Positions 17,776 to 28,439 of a DNA stretch of 64,000 bases are shown in pieces. The stretch's first letter is position 1. Every line of letters begins with the position of its first letter. The notes under the pieces are model-generated. The model saw only the letters and a list, made by a program, of their open reading frames with translations, had not been told where the DNA came from and did not search any database. Position numbers and translations under genes: made by a program. The stretch comes from an uncultured Candidatus Binatia bacterium (lineage in GTDB: Bacteria > Desulfobacterota > Binatia > Bin18): positions 1,312,001-1,376,000 of the forward strand of contig OZ241744.1 in NCBI GenBank assembly GCA_965200965.1, written 5' to 3'.

Positions 17776-19509
17776 ATGGCGACATATGATATCCAACTCA
17801 AGGGCGGAACCGTTGTTGACGGCACCCTGGTCCCGCGTTACCAAGCCGATGTCTGGATCAAGGACGGGAGCATTGCCCAGATCGGCGGGCGGGCACCGGG
17901 TTCGGCAAAACAGGTCATAGACGCCGATGGCCTGATCGTGGCCCCCGGCTTTGTTGACCTGCACACCCACTACGACGCCCAGATCCGCTGGGACCCGTAC
18001 TGCACAATCTCAGGCTGGCACGGCGTGACCTCGGTCGTGCTGGGCAACTGCGGCTTTGGCTTTGCCCCGGTCAAATCCGATTTTCGGGAACGCTCAATGC
18101 TGACCATGACCCGCACCGAAGCCATCCCCTATGACGCGATGAAAGCCGGCATGGCCTGGGACTGGGAGACCATACCCGAGTACCTTGACTCCCTGGACCG
18201 CTCGCCCAAGGGCGTGAACTGCATTCAGTACATGCCGACGGCCTCGCTGATGACCTACGTCATGGGTCTGGAGGCGGCCAAGAGCCGGCCGGCGACCGCG
18301 GCCGAACGCCGGGAAATGCAGCGTCTGCTTGACCAGGGCATGGACGCCGGCCTGTGCGGCTTCTCCATCCAACGCCTCGGTCCCGACTCGACCCAGGCCG
18401 ATTACGACGGCTCGCCAATGGTCACTGATATCATGGACGACGCCGACATTCTGAACTTGGCCGAGGTGCTCCGCAAACGGGACGAGGGCTTTATCCAGAT
18501 CACCCAATCAACCGGAGCCATCAAAAAAGACCTCGCCTTTCTCGAAAAACTGGCCGAAGTCGCCCAGCGCCCGATCCTGCATAACGTCATTGTTGCGGCC
18601 CGCAAAGACCCCAACGTTCACCGCCGCAGCCTGGACTGGCTGGAGCGCTGCCGCCAGCGCGGTCTGCCGATTTTCGGGCAGACCGGCACCCACCGAACCG
18701 GCTTTGCCTTTACCCTGGAGCACTGGAATCTGTATGACGCCAGCCCGGCTTGGCGCGAGCTGACAACCGGCACAAAGCGGGAAAAACTGGCCAAAATGAA
18801 AAATCCGGCCCTGCGCGAAGCGGTTAAACGCGAAACCGAAGAGGCCGACCGCAAACTGCAAGTCATTCAGGCCGGCGTCGGCGGGGCGATCCCGACCCTG
18901 CTCGTCCAGAGCACCAACAACCAGACCGAGCTGGAGCAATACGTCGGCAAATCGATCGGCCAGATCGCCGACGAGCAGGGAAAAGACCCGATTGACACCA
19001 TGCTTGACCTGTCCATTGCCGGCGACCTCAACGTTGAGTTCCTCGGCCCCAACCGCGGCTTTAACGCCGACTACACCGCGGAGATGATTAACGACTCGCG
19101 GTTCACCTTCCCCGGCGCATCCGACGGCGGTGCCCACACCAAGTTCTTCACCGGCGGCGCGTTCACGACCGATTTTCTCCGCTGGCTGGTGCGTGACGAA
19201 CATAAGATCAGCCTCGAAGAAGCCCACTATCGGCTGTCGGCCCTGCCGGCCCACGCGGCCGGCTTCCGCGACCGCGGCACCCTGCGCGAAGGAGCCGCGG
19301 CAGACATGGTAGTCTACAACCTGGACGAGCTGGACATTGAGCCCGACTGGGTCGGAGAGATAAGCTACGACTTCCCCGGTGGCGAGTGGCGGCGCGTACA
19401 GCGGGCCAAGGGCTATCACGCCATTATTGTCAACGGCCAGACCACCTTTGAAGATGGCCGCTGCACGGGCAACACCTCGGGCAAGCTGCTGCGCCACGGC
19501 CACGCCTAA
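17776..19509 (+). CDS. N-acyl-D-amino-acid deacylase family amidohydrolase
   Basis: PGFVDLHTHYDAQ, HGVTSVVLGNCGFG, SDGGAH; GGAGGA RBS. Confidence 0.9.
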   Translation: MATYDIQLKGGTVVDGTLVPRYQADVWIKDGSIAQIGGRAPGSAKQVIDADGLIVAPGFVDLHTHYDAQIRWDPYCTISGWHGVTSVVLGNCGFGFAPVKSDFRERSMLTMTRTEAIPYDAMKAGMAWDWETIPEYLDSLDRSPKGVNCIQYMPTASLMTYVMGLEAAKSRPATAAERREMQRLLDQGMDAGLCGFSIQRLGPDSTQADYDGSPMVTDIMDDADILNLAEVLRKRDEGFIQITQSTGAIKKDLAFLEKLAEVAQRPILHNVIVAARKDPNVHRRSLDWLERCRQRGLPIFGQTGTHRTGFAFTLEHWNLYDASPAWRELTTGTKREKLAKMKNPALREAVKRETEEADRKLQVIQAGVGGAIPTLLVQSTNNQTELEQYVGKSIGQIADEQGKDPIDTMLDLSIAGDLNVEFLGPNRGFNADYTAEMINDSRFTFPGASDGGAHTKFFTGGAFTTDFLRWLVRDEHKISLEEAHYRLSALPAHAAGFRDRGTLREGAAADMVVYNLDELDIEPDWVGEISYDFPGGEWRRVQRAKGYHAIIVNGQTTFEDGRCTGNTSGKLLRHGHA

Positions 19510-19517
19510 CCCCCACC

Positions 19518-19541
19518 CCTCCGGGCCGCGCGGCCCGGAGG
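19518..19541. terminator. Perfect 24-bp palindrome/hairpin
   Basis: CCTCCGGGCCGCGCGGCCCGGAGG is its own reverse complement; 8 nt after a stop codon and at the edge of an AT-richer segment. Confidence 0.6.
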
Positions 19542-19764
19542 TCTCTCAGAGAAATGAATCCAAGGGTCGTTGAAGCTCATGTTCAGAAATGGGGAACACG
19601 GACTCCACAATTGTTCGGGCCTATTGAATTTTGCGTATTTCGAGAGTTGAGAGACATAATTTATTTTAAACAAATGCACGTTTTGGATGGAACAGTCGCC
19701 TAGCCCCGTGAACAGGATATCTGTCCCGACATCTTATACCTCGATTCGCTGAAGGAGGCCCCGT

Positions 19765-21348
19765 TCAGCAGATCCCAAGTCTCTCCGCGAGTGCCTGAAA
19801 CTCCTTGAACGCCTCCGGCCCGAATTGCTGACGAGCTCTTGAGGCAGCATGGTTATCCCTCACTGCCTCGGAGAGACACCCCCACCTAACAGGAGTACCA
19901 TCGGGCACAGATTCTCGCTCGCCGGCTACCAGACTACGGATCTTTTCAATGAGCCGCGCCGAAAGTCCTAAGGCACCGGATGTATAGAGAAACTGTTCTC
20001 CGGTCATCAGACCAATGGACGGCACATCGTCCACAGGCTTATCGTCCACAGGTTCACGCAAGTCATCGAGAGTTGGGGGCGCTCCGAGGTCCAAGACCTG
20101 CTCCTCGGAGACAAACTCTGTCCAGTTCCCGGGGCGCAGGTAACCCCCGGCTTTAGAGAGGTAAGAGGAGTGCGTACCGGAGTACGAAAGCACGAGTTGA
20201 AGTTTCGCTCGGGTCATCGCGACATAGAGCTTGGACAGGTCTCGAAACCGTTCACGCTCTGGCGTGACGGGATTGGGAATCACTCCATTGCTGACGTTGA
20301 CGACGCATACCAAGTCGAACTCGAATCCCTTTGCCTGCTCCAGGTCTGAGAGGAACGAAGACGCGCACACTGAGACAAGATCCTTGATGAGCGTGGCCAG
20401 AGGACGGTTCAGTGTAAGGACGAGAATGTTTCCGCTGGGATAGCGTTCAGCAAGCGCGACTGCCCGTCTGACGACGATACACGTCTTGCCCGTCCCCGAC
20501 ACTCCCACAAGCTTGGCCGGACCGGAGAACTCAGCCTTGGCTACTCGCTCCTGCTCCGGGTGCATGAATACCATCCAGTCCCGGTAGTCAGCTGTCTGTA
20601 CGAAGTGCTTGAAGAGCTCTGCATACTGCGGTGAATCGGTCGGGATAGTCCGCAGATATTCGCCGTGCTTGATCTCGGTCTCCGGTTTTGGAGGCGCAAC
20701 CTCTCCCCGGAACAGAAGCATCCGCGTTTGGGCAGCCTTGAGATTGCCTTGCCGGAGTAGAACGAAGATGTCGTGGATAGCCACGCTGCGCTCTCTATCT
20801 TCTATAGCCTTGGCAATCTCAACGATCTCGTCCTCATCACTGATTGATTCGAACTCCTCGATCCGACGAACGATTCCTCTTGGGAGGGATTCAACCAGGA
20901 AATCAAAATCGGCCTCTGCCAGCTTTTTGTAGAGCTTCCCATATGAGTAGTCAGAAGAGCCCTGCACACGGGTCTTCGGATCGAAATTATCATCGGACTT
21001 GGCGGCCTTGATGAGCCTTCCCTTCGTGTCCACGACCGGCGCAAATCCTCGGTTGCGCTCAAGCCACTTTTCGCAGTCATCGTGAGAGCCCGCATAGAGG
21101 AGGTAACAAAAGGCATCATCAACCACCGTGAGAAGGCGACAGAACCCAGCCAAATCATATTTGCGGCATTTGGGAACTCGATTCTCACCGTGCTTCGTCA
21201 GAGCGATACCCTCGAAAGGGTCCTGGCAACCACTCGCGATACGTCCAATAACCATCTCCACGGTCTTGGCGGCCTTCTGGTAAGGACCGCCTCTTTTATA
21301 GAGGGCTCGGAGGCTTGGCAGAAGGTCTCTGTCTTGACTGTACTTCAT
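19765..21348 (-). pseudogene. SF1/UvrD-like helicase with RelE/ParE-like N-terminus and an apparent in-frame internal deletion
   Basis: Walker A GVSGTGKT and motif Ia VLTLNRPLA are followed within about 20 aa by motif V (QAKGFEFD) and then motif VI (LYVAMTRAK); DExx and motifs III-IV are absent. Codon usage differs from neighbours. Confidence 0.7.
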
Positions 21349-21626
21349 AGCTTCACAAGAGCCGGCACCAGCCGTCCACGACACTCTCAGATGTCATACC
21401 CTCCCTCGTGTTCGCCAGCGGCGACGCAATCTGAAGATCGGGTTTGAGCGGCCCCATAGAGAAACCCTCGGCAAAGGTCATAGGGTGAGAGGGCACTCAT
21501 GGTGCCTCTTCCTGATACCGGCAGACTGTAATAGAATTTTTGGGACAAGGCAAGATTGTAGAGCCAAACCGCTATCCCTATCTCCGGTTAGTGACGTATA
21601 ATCCGTCTCTCCTGAAGGAGGGAGAC

Positions 21627-22826
21627 ATGCCGAGAGCCCTGGACGATATCCGCATCCTTGACCTGACCCATGTCGTCAACGGTCCCTACGCCACCCTGAT
21701 GCTCAGCTTTCTGGGTGCCGACATCATCAAGCTCGAACCGCCGGGCCAAGGCGAGAAAGCCCGATCCCTGCTGCCGCTCCGCGATGTTGCCCACGAGAGT
21801 TTTCTCTTCATCATGCTGAACTCCAACAAGAGAAGCATCACCCTCAACCTGAAAACCGGGCGGGGCAAGACCCTCTTCCTGCAACTCATCCCTCGCGTTG
21901 ACGTGGTCGTCGAAAACTTTGCCCTCGGCGTGATGGACAAACTGGGGCTGGGCTACGAGGTCTTACGTCAGCACAACCCCCGGCTGGTGTATGCGGCCAG
22001 CACCGGCTACGGCCGGAACGGCCCCTACAGCAACTATCCAGCCTTTGACTCCATTATTCAGGCCATGTCGGGCCTGATGAGCAGCACCGGAGAGCCTGAC
22101 GGTCCGCCGATGAAAGCCGGCCCGCCGGTCATGGATGTCCTGGGCGGGATTCATCTCGCAACTGGCGTGATTGCCGCCTTACGGCAACGTGACCGGACCG
22201 GCCAGGGACTCTTTGTTGAAACCTCCCTGTACGACGCCGCTCTCGGCCCCATGATCGCCCAAATCTCAAGCTTCCTCTCCTACGGCGGGACCTACCGGCG
22301 CGAGGGCAACGCCTCTCCCAACCGGCGCATCTCTCCCTATAACTGCTATCCGGCCAAGGATGGCCACATTTTTCTGCTGACCCTGGATGAGCCGCGCTGG
22401 CGCGCCCTGTGCCGGCTGATGGCCTGCCCGGAGCTGGCCGACGATCCCCGCTTTGCCACCAATCGGGCCCGCCGCCAGCACGCCGCGGAGGTAGATGCCC
22501 TGGTCAGCGCCTGGACGCTGCGCCACCCCAAACACGACATCATGGAGCGCTGTTCGGCAGCCGATATTACCTGCGGTGTGGTCAAGGATATTGGCGAACT
22601 CATTACCGATCCGCATATCCGAGCCCGGGGCCGGCTCCAGGATATCAAGCACCCGACCGCAGGACAGATGACTGTCCTGGGCTCGCCGTGGTGGATTGAT
22701 GAGCGACCGCTCGGTATTGACGCGCCAAGCCCCAGCCTGGGACAGCATAATGAGCAGGTCTACACCGAACTGCTCGGCCTATCAGCCCAAGAACTCGCCC
22801 AGCTCAGAGACCAGCAAGTGATATAG
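21627..22826 (+). CDS. CaiB/BaiF family III CoA-transferase
   Basis: LDDIRILDL, GADIIKLEPP, NSNKRSITLNLK, DVVVENF, FDSIIQA; RBS before ATG 21627. Confidence 0.92.
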   Translation: MPRALDDIRILDLTHVVNGPYATLMLSFLGADIIKLEPPGQGEKARSLLPLRDVAHESFLFIMLNSNKRSITLNLKTGRGKTLFLQLIPRVDVVVENFALGVMDKLGLGYEVLRQHNPRLVYAASTGYGRNGPYSNYPAFDSIIQAMSGLMSSTGEPDGPPMKAGPPVMDVLGGIHLATGVIAALRQRDRTGQGLFVETSLYDAALGPMIAQISSFLSYGGTYRREGNASPNRRISPYNCYPAKDGHIFLLTLDEPRWRALCRLMACPELADDPRFATNRARRQHAAEVDALVSAWTLRHPKHDIMERCSAADITCGVVKDIGELITDPHIRARGRLQDIKHPTAGQMTVLGSPWWIDERPLGIDAPSPSLGQHNEQVYTELLGLSAQELAQLRDQQVI

Positions 22827-22837
22827 CGGCCCGGCCC

Positions 22838-23497
22838 TCAGCGCCGATCGATATCGTAGATCCGCACGGCCTCGGTGTCGCTAATCCAGCCGACCTCGGC
22901 GTGGCGCTCCCGCAGCCGAAATCGGTCCCGGGGCAAGCCGGCAAAAAATTCATCCACACCCTCTCGGAACGGGTCGGCAAACACCGCCCGGCCGTGGGGA
23001 GCCAGGACCGTTTGCATCAGGGCCCGTACCCGGGCGGCGTTCTCCAGATCGTAGTGGACATCCCCGCCCACAATCCAATCGTAGCAACCAAGGGTCCGAA
23101 GACTGCTCGAGTCGTGCAGACAACAGCAAAGTGTGTGAATGGCGGCAACGTCATTGAGCGCGCAGTTGAGATCAACCAGGGACAGCGCGTCGGCCACATG
23201 GTCCAGCGCAGACACCCGGGCACCCAGCTTGGCCAACACCACACTCTCCAGCCCGACCCCGCAGCCAACAACCAGGACGCGCCGGCCACGGATTTGCTCG
23301 AGTGCCACCTGGCCGGCCACATAGCGCGCGACAGCCAAGCCCGTCGGCCACACAATGTTCCAGTATTCATTAGCGCCGCAGTAGGCACAGGCCGGAAAAT
23401 CCGGCCGCCAGTTGCAAATCTCTATCAACTCAACCGTCAAGGCGTCGGTAATCGCATAGCTGAGTTGTATCTGCTCATAGACAGGGGGCTTGGCCAT
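22838..23497 (-). CDS. Class I SAM methyltransferase, METTL21/family-16-like
   Basis: YWNIVWPTGLAVA, VLVVGCGVGL, GGDVHYD. Confidence 0.75.
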   Translation of the reverse strand: MAKPPVYEQIQLSYAITDALTVELIEICNWRPDFPACAYCGANEYWNIVWPTGLAVARYVAGQVALEQIRGRRVLVVGCGVGLESVVLAKLGARVSALDHVADALSLVDLNCALNDVAAIHTLCCCLHDSSSLRTLGCYDWIVGGDVHYDLENAARVRALMQTVLAPHGRAVFADPFREGVDEFFAGLPRDRFRLRERHAEVGWISDTEAVRIYDIDRR

Positions 23498-23627
23498 GTC
23501 CGGTGTATATCCGAAGGGCCAAACCCTGCGCAAGGCTGGGCGAGCCCACTCCGAGAACAGCGCCCCGTCTTGTACAGCCAGGGCGGGCACGCTACCCTTT
23601 GTCCACACCCACGAAGGAGGACCGCAC

Positions 23628-24473
23628 ATGGAGAAGCTCAGCGTAGAAGGGCTAGCGTATGTAACAGCCCAGATGAACTATCTGGCCGACGATATGGAGG
23701 AAAAGCCAGTCTACTATCTCTACCCTCCCCCTCCCGGCGTTCCCCAGCGTACCGGTCGCTCCATCACACATGCCATGCCGATTCACGATGCCCGGTCGCT
23801 TGTCGGCCACTTTTCTCTCGACGCCCAAGGGCTGAGCTTCACCCGCCGGCAGACCCGGGTCGGCAATTTTTACGACCCCCAAGAGGTGCAGCGCGTCTAC
23901 TACCCCGAAGTCGCCGAGTTGGTGACCTGCCTCACCGGAGCCGAAAAGGTCCTGGTCTTTGACCATAATGTGCGCAGTACGCCGCGGGCGCAGCAGAAGC
24001 AGGACGGGGCCCGCGAGCCAGTGCTGTCGTGTCACAACGACTATACGGTGGTCTCAGGCCCACAGCGCGTCCGCGATCTGTTGCCCGCCCACGAGGCTGA
24101 AGAGCGCCTCAAACATCGCTTTGCCTTTATTAACGTCTGGCGGCCGATTCGCGGTCCAGTCCAGGATACCCCACTGGCGGTGTGCGACGCCCAGAGCATC
24201 AGTCAGGGCCATTTTGTGGCCACCGATCTCAAGTACCCGGACCGGACCGGAGAGGTCTACTCCGTCTCCTACCAGCCCGGACATCGCTGGTATTATGTCT
24301 CGGACATGCAGCCCGATGAGGCTCTGCTGTTCAAGTGTTACGACTCGCGGACAGACGGCACCGCTCGCTTTACCGCCCACAGCGCGTTTGAGAATCCGGC
24401 CAGTCCGGCCGATGCCGTCCCGCGTGAGAGCATCGAGGCTCGGACGATTGGGTTCTTTGTCCCCGAAGCATAA
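23628..24473 (+). CDS. CmcJ/NvfI family oxidoreductase
   Basis: IHDAR, FSLDAQG, YYPEV, FDHNVR, HNDYT, NVWRPI, PLAVCD, LLFKCYDS, HSAF, RESIEAR. Confidence 0.85.
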   Translation: MEKLSVEGLAYVTAQMNYLADDMEEKPVYYLYPPPPGVPQRTGRSITHAMPIHDARSLVGHFSLDAQGLSFTRRQTRVGNFYDPQEVQRVYYPEVAELVTCLTGAEKVLVFDHNVRSTPRAQQKQDGAREPVLSCHNDYTVVSGPQRVRDLLPAHEAEERLKHRFAFINVWRPIRGPVQDTPLAVCDAQSISQGHFVATDLKYPDRTGEVYSVSYQPGHRWYYVSDMQPDEALLFKCYDSRTDGTARFTAHSAFENPASPADAVPRESIEARTIGFFVPEA

Positions 24474-24581
24474 GGCCTTGGCAGGCTGGGATCAGAAGAC
24501 GCTGCCGGCTTACGCCTCTTTGGATAGTATTTGCCATGATACTATCTGAACAAGGGAAATGATGACACAGGAGAGAATACG

Positions 24582-25334
24582 ATGGCAGGATTAGTTGAAG
24601 GCAGAGTCGCCCTGGTCACCGGCGGGGGATCGGGCATTGGCAGACAGGCATGTTTGGTCTTCTCGCGCGAAGGAGCCCAGGTAGTGGTGTGTGATGTGGT
24701 ACTTGAGGGCGGGGAAGAAACGGTCAGCCAGATCAGGCAGGCCGGTGGACAGGCGATGTTTATTCAGGCCGATGTCGCCCAAGCCGCGGAGGTCGAGGCC
24801 GTTGTCGCCAGGACGGTTGAAACCTACGGTCGTCTCGATTGCGCGTATAATAATGCCGGGATTGCCGGACGGACGGCGCGGGTCGCCGATGATAGCGAAC
24901 AGAACTGGGACCGCGTCCTGTCGATTAATCTCAAGGGGGTGTGGTTGTGCCTCAAATACGAAATCGCCCACATGCTCACGCAGGGCAGCGGGGCCATTGT
25001 CAACACCGCGTCTGACGCCGGGCTGATCGGCCTCAGACGGGCCGGTGCGTATGTGGCCAGCAAACACGGTGTGGTCGGTCTGACCAAGACGGCGGCCCTG
25101 GAATACGCCACCTCCAACATCCGGGTCAACGCCGTATGTCCGGGACCGATTGACACGCCCATGCTGCGGGGAGCGAGTGAGCGTGTGATCGACGCTATGG
25201 CCACGGCACAGCCCAACGGCCGCCTGGGGCAGCCCCGGGAAATTGCCGAGGCCGCGGTCTGGTTGTGTTCCGACGCGGCCTCGTTTGTGACCGGACATCC
25301 CATGCCGGTGGACGGCGGATATCTCGCCCAGTAA
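24582..25334 (+). CDS. Classical short-chain dehydrogenase/reductase
   Basis: TGGGSGIG, NNAGI, YVASKHG, PGPIDT. Confidence 0.93.
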   Translation: MAGLVEGRVALVTGGGSGIGRQACLVFSREGAQVVVCDVVLEGGEETVSQIRQAGGQAMFIQADVAQAAEVEAVVARTVETYGRLDCAYNNAGIAGRTARVADDSEQNWDRVLSINLKGVWLCLKYEIAHMLTQGSGAIVNTASDAGLIGLRRAGAYVASKHGVVGLTKTAALEYATSNIRVNAVCPGPIDTPMLRGASERVIDAMATAQPNGRLGQPREIAEAAVWLCSDAASFVTGHPMPVDGGYLAQ

Positions 25335-25362
25335 AACCGGCGGAGGGGCCAAGGTCGCCGAG

Positions 25363-26164
25363 CTATAAGCTCGAAAAAGAAACCTTAAACCCGGACCGCT
25401 CCTGGCTGCTCTCTTCAACCAACACGCCCTGAGCGCTGGTATAGCTGCTTGGTGGGTAATACAGATAGCCGGTCAGGCGGGTACCTGGAGCGAGCCTCTG
25501 GCTGCTGAGGGGCGAAACAGGGAACGGCCTTGCGACGGCCTGGAGCGCCTTGACCTGTTCGCCGGCCGCGGTCAGGAGCACGACCTGATCGGACTCCAGA
25601 AGATAGGGCTCATCGGTGGCATTGGCAATCTCTACCCGGACGGGAAGAACATCGGTCACAATGTGGCCAAACTCCAACTGAGAATCAAAGCCTTCGAGCG
25701 GGGTGACGGCCACTTGTACCGAACCCGGCGGAATACACGGCTTGTGGCGGTGCAAGATCTCCGTTGTGGCGATAAAACGTTCGTAAAAGTATTCAGGAAA
25801 TCTCTGGTTCATGGCACCAAAGCCGGCCAAGCCGCCATACTCGCTTGTGACATCAACGCCGTCGTCCGTACAGCTCAGTTGGACCCGGGCAATGTCTTCA
25901 CCGCCCTGGCGTAAGCGTGTGCCCTCCAGCAGCCCTAGCCGCTCCGGGGTGGCCATGATGAACCGGGTCGGCGTGTAGCCCACATCTTTGAGGATGTTGT
26001 AGGCAATGCGGTTGGCCTGCTCAACAGGTGACCATGACTTTGGGGACATGGGGAGCGAAGCGAGGCGAGAAGGGAGCACGCGGCGTGGTCGTGCTGCAAG
26101 CGGTCAGCAGGACGGTACTCAGACCGAGAGTGAGTCGAGACGCAGCAGACCAGTTCCACACCAT
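25363..26164 (-). pseudogene. Hypothetical lipoprotein with a 1-nt insertion near 26023
   Basis: ATG 26164 gives MVWNWS...VLLTAC (lipobox)...VMVTC then TGA; removing one T joins it to EQANRIAYNILK... of ORF 25363-26079. Confidence 0.6.
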
Positions 26165-26197
26165 AGGCTATCCCTTCTGTCCGGGCGTGAACTTGAC

Positions 26198-26398
26198 CTA
26201 GCCCTCGTTCAGATAGGGTGTACACAGCTTGTCAATATCTTCGGGCGAATCCCGATGGATCTCTCGGCACGCGTTATACTTGGCCAACGGTGCGCCACGA
26301 ATGGCGATACGCTGACTGTGATCCCGGGCCCCACAGGCCAGACACAGGCCGGAGCCGAGCAGCAGCGCAAGTCCCAGGCTCAGGTGCAACACGGACAT
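26198..26398 (-). CDS. Small hypothetical lipoprotein (66 aa)
   Basis: Hydrophobic signal ending CLAC; two further Cys in the mature part; co-oriented with the downstream lipoprotein. Confidence 0.5.
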   Translation of the reverse strand: MSVLHLSLGLALLLGSGLCLACGARDHSQRIAIRGAPLAKYNACREIHRDSPEDIDKLCTPYLNEG

Positions 26399-26459
26399 TC
26401 TCCCAGCACCCTTTTTCACTGCCGAAACCATGCCCAGAAACGGGCCACACGGCCAAGTG

Positions 26460-26485
26460 CCCCGGACGGGAGTGCCCGTCCGGGG
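26460..26485. repeat. Perfect 11-bp inverted repeat in a divergent intergenic region
   Basis: CCCCGGACGGG-AGTG-CCCGTCCGGGG. Confidence 0.6.
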
Positions 26486-26526
26486 GATGGTGACAGCCGC
26501 CAACATCGGCTAGGCTGGGCCGAGGT

Positions 26527-27801
26527 ATGGATGCTGCACGCCCGCCCCGCCCCGCCCAACCTCCTAGACCGTGGTACACGAGCTATGCCGGGGTCATTGT
26601 GCTGATCGGGGTGCTGGTCAATCTGACGACGAGTTTCCTTCAATACGCGCCAAACCTGACCCTGCCAGCGATACAGGCTAGCCTGTCTCTATCGTATACC
26701 CAGGCCGGCAGCCTGGTCACGGGGGCCTGGATGTTGCGCGTTCCGTGCTCTTTTTTGGCCGGGATGCTCAGCACCCGCTATGGCAGCCGGCACCTGATCG
26801 GCCTGAGTACGCTGATCGCCGGGGCGTCCATGCTGCTGTTAGGGGGGGCGAGCCATTTCTGGATGGCGCTGGCGGCGACCTGCCTGATGGGGGCGGCAAC
26901 CGGCATCGCCATTATTCCGACGATGGGCCTGCTCGGGCCCTGGTTTGACTCACGCACGCGGGGGCTGGCCGCCGGCCTGGCCTCGGCCGGTGGCAGCGGT
27001 GCCTTTGTAGTAGCCGGCCTTGTGGTCCCCGCCCTGACATCCGCCTACCTGACATTGGGCTGGCGTTACGCTTGGGCGGTGTTTGGCCTCGCCACGGTCC
27101 TGATTGGCGCGGCGGCCCTGGTCTATGTGCGAGAACGGCCAGCCGGGGCACTCCCGGCCATGTCGGCCGCGGGGCCGTCGCCGGGTCGGCGATGGCCGGT
27201 CGAGGTGTACCGCAATCCCCTGGTGTGGTTGATGAGCTTCATGGTGTTTTGCTCGGGCTGGTCGCAGGGCGTCTTTAATACCTTTCTGGGTGCCTATCTG
27301 TCTGAGGAGAACGGTGTCGATCTGACGGTCGTTGGACATTTGCTCATCCTGATCGGGGTGCTCAGCATTGGTAGCGGGATTGTCTGGGGACGGGTGTCGG
27401 ACTGGATCGGACGCAGCTTGGCGTTTCTGTGCGTTTTTGTGGTCCAGGGGGTCGGGCTGGCTCTGGTCTGGCTCAATCCTGTCCCGGGCGCTTTGGTAAT
27501 TGCCGCGGTGCTCATCGGCCTTACCCACCGCGCCACCTTCACCATATGCGCCGCCTCAGCCGGCGACTTTGTGCCGGTTCACCTGTCCTCGGCCGCCTTC
27601 GCCCTGATGTCCACCGGGGCCGGCTCGGGAGTGATGCTGTCACCGAGCATTGCCGGCGGCTTAGCTGACGCCAGCGGCAGCTTACAGGGAACTTTTGCCG
27701 TAGCGCTCGGCGGCTCGCTGGGCGGTGCCCTTGGCAGCACGCTGTTGTATGGGATAATGCGGCGTATGTGCTTGAGAAAGGACGAGAGCGATGGACGATA
27801 A
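26527..27801 (+). CDS. MFS transporter
   Basis: About 12 TM; GMLSTRYGSR and GRVSDWIGR motif A; WFDSRTRGLA. Confidence 0.9.
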   Translation: MDAARPPRPAQPPRPWYTSYAGVIVLIGVLVNLTTSFLQYAPNLTLPAIQASLSLSYTQAGSLVTGAWMLRVPCSFLAGMLSTRYGSRHLIGLSTLIAGASMLLLGGASHFWMALAATCLMGAATGIAIIPTMGLLGPWFDSRTRGLAAGLASAGGSGAFVVAGLVVPALTSAYLTLGWRYAWAVFGLATVLIGAAALVYVRERPAGALPAMSAAGPSPGRRWPVEVYRNPLVWLMSFMVFCSGWSQGVFNTFLGAYLSEENGVDLTVVGHLLILIGVLSIGSGIVWGRVSDWIGRSLAFLCVFVVQGVGLALVWLNPVPGALVIAAVLIGLTHRATFTICAASAGDFVPVHLSSAAFALMSTGAGSGVMLSPSIAGGLADASGSLQGTFAVALGGSLGGALGSTLLYGIMRRMCLRKDESDGR

Positions 27802-28408
27802 ACAGCGCGCCGCTGCTAACGAGCGCCAACGCCAGGCTTTTGATAGAGTCTATCCCTCCTTTCTGGTACCCCTGCCGCAGGATGTGCTTGAGCGAATGGG
27901 ACGCATTATTGCGGCCGCGGCTATCCGGCCCAATGAGACCGTCCTAGATGTCGGGACCGGAACCGGGGCACTGATTCCCCAGATCCGAATCTGTCGGCCC
28001 GGTCGGATCGTCGCCTGCGATTTGTCTGGGAAAATGCTGGAGCAGGTGGCAGAGCGCTATCCCGAGGTCGAGCGTCACCAGTGCGATATCGCCGATCTGT
28101 CCCTGCCGGCAGTGTGTGTTGATGTGGTTTTTATGAACGGCATGTACGGCAACATTGCCGATAAAACCAAGGCCCTCGGCAATATCGCGCGGATGCTGCG
28201 GCCGGGCGGGCGGGTCGTGATTAGCCACCCGGAAGGCCGAGCCTATGTTGAGCGTCTAGTCAAAACCGACCCCTATCCAGTGACACCGCTGCCCAATGAG
28301 GAAGAAGCCCATACGTTTTTGGGCACGTTTGGGCTGAGGATTGGTCACTACACCGACGAAGAACGCCTGTTGATTGTGGTGGCGGTCAAAACGAAGGCAC
28401 CAGCCTGA
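27791..28408 (+). CDS. Class I SAM-dependent methyltransferase
   Basis: VLDVGTGTG, DLSGKML, MLRPGG. Confidence 0.88.
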   Translation: MDDKQRAAANERQRQAFDRVYPSFLVPLPQDVLERMGRIIAAAAIRPNETVLDVGTGTGALIPQIRICRPGRIVACDLSGKMLEQVAERYPEVERHQCDIADLSLPAVCVDVVFMNGMYGNIADKTKALGNIARMLRPGGRVVISHPEGRAYVERLVKTDPYPVTPLPNEEEAHTFLGTFGLRIGHYTDEERLLIVVAVKTKAPA

Positions 28409-28439
28409 CCCCCACACCCGCCCATCAGGAGTGTATTAT

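Noticed and set aside
19543-21391. 8-bp direct repeat CTCTCAGA (19543-19550 and 21384-21391) as a target-site duplication around the helicase gene
   Set aside because: An 8-mer match between two loosely defined flanks is likely by chance; no integrase, transposase or terminal inverted repeats.
26021-26023. TGT-TGA as a second selenocysteine site
   Set aside because: The frame after the TGA is not protein-like; the coding sequence continues in another frame, so a 1-nt insertion explains it better.
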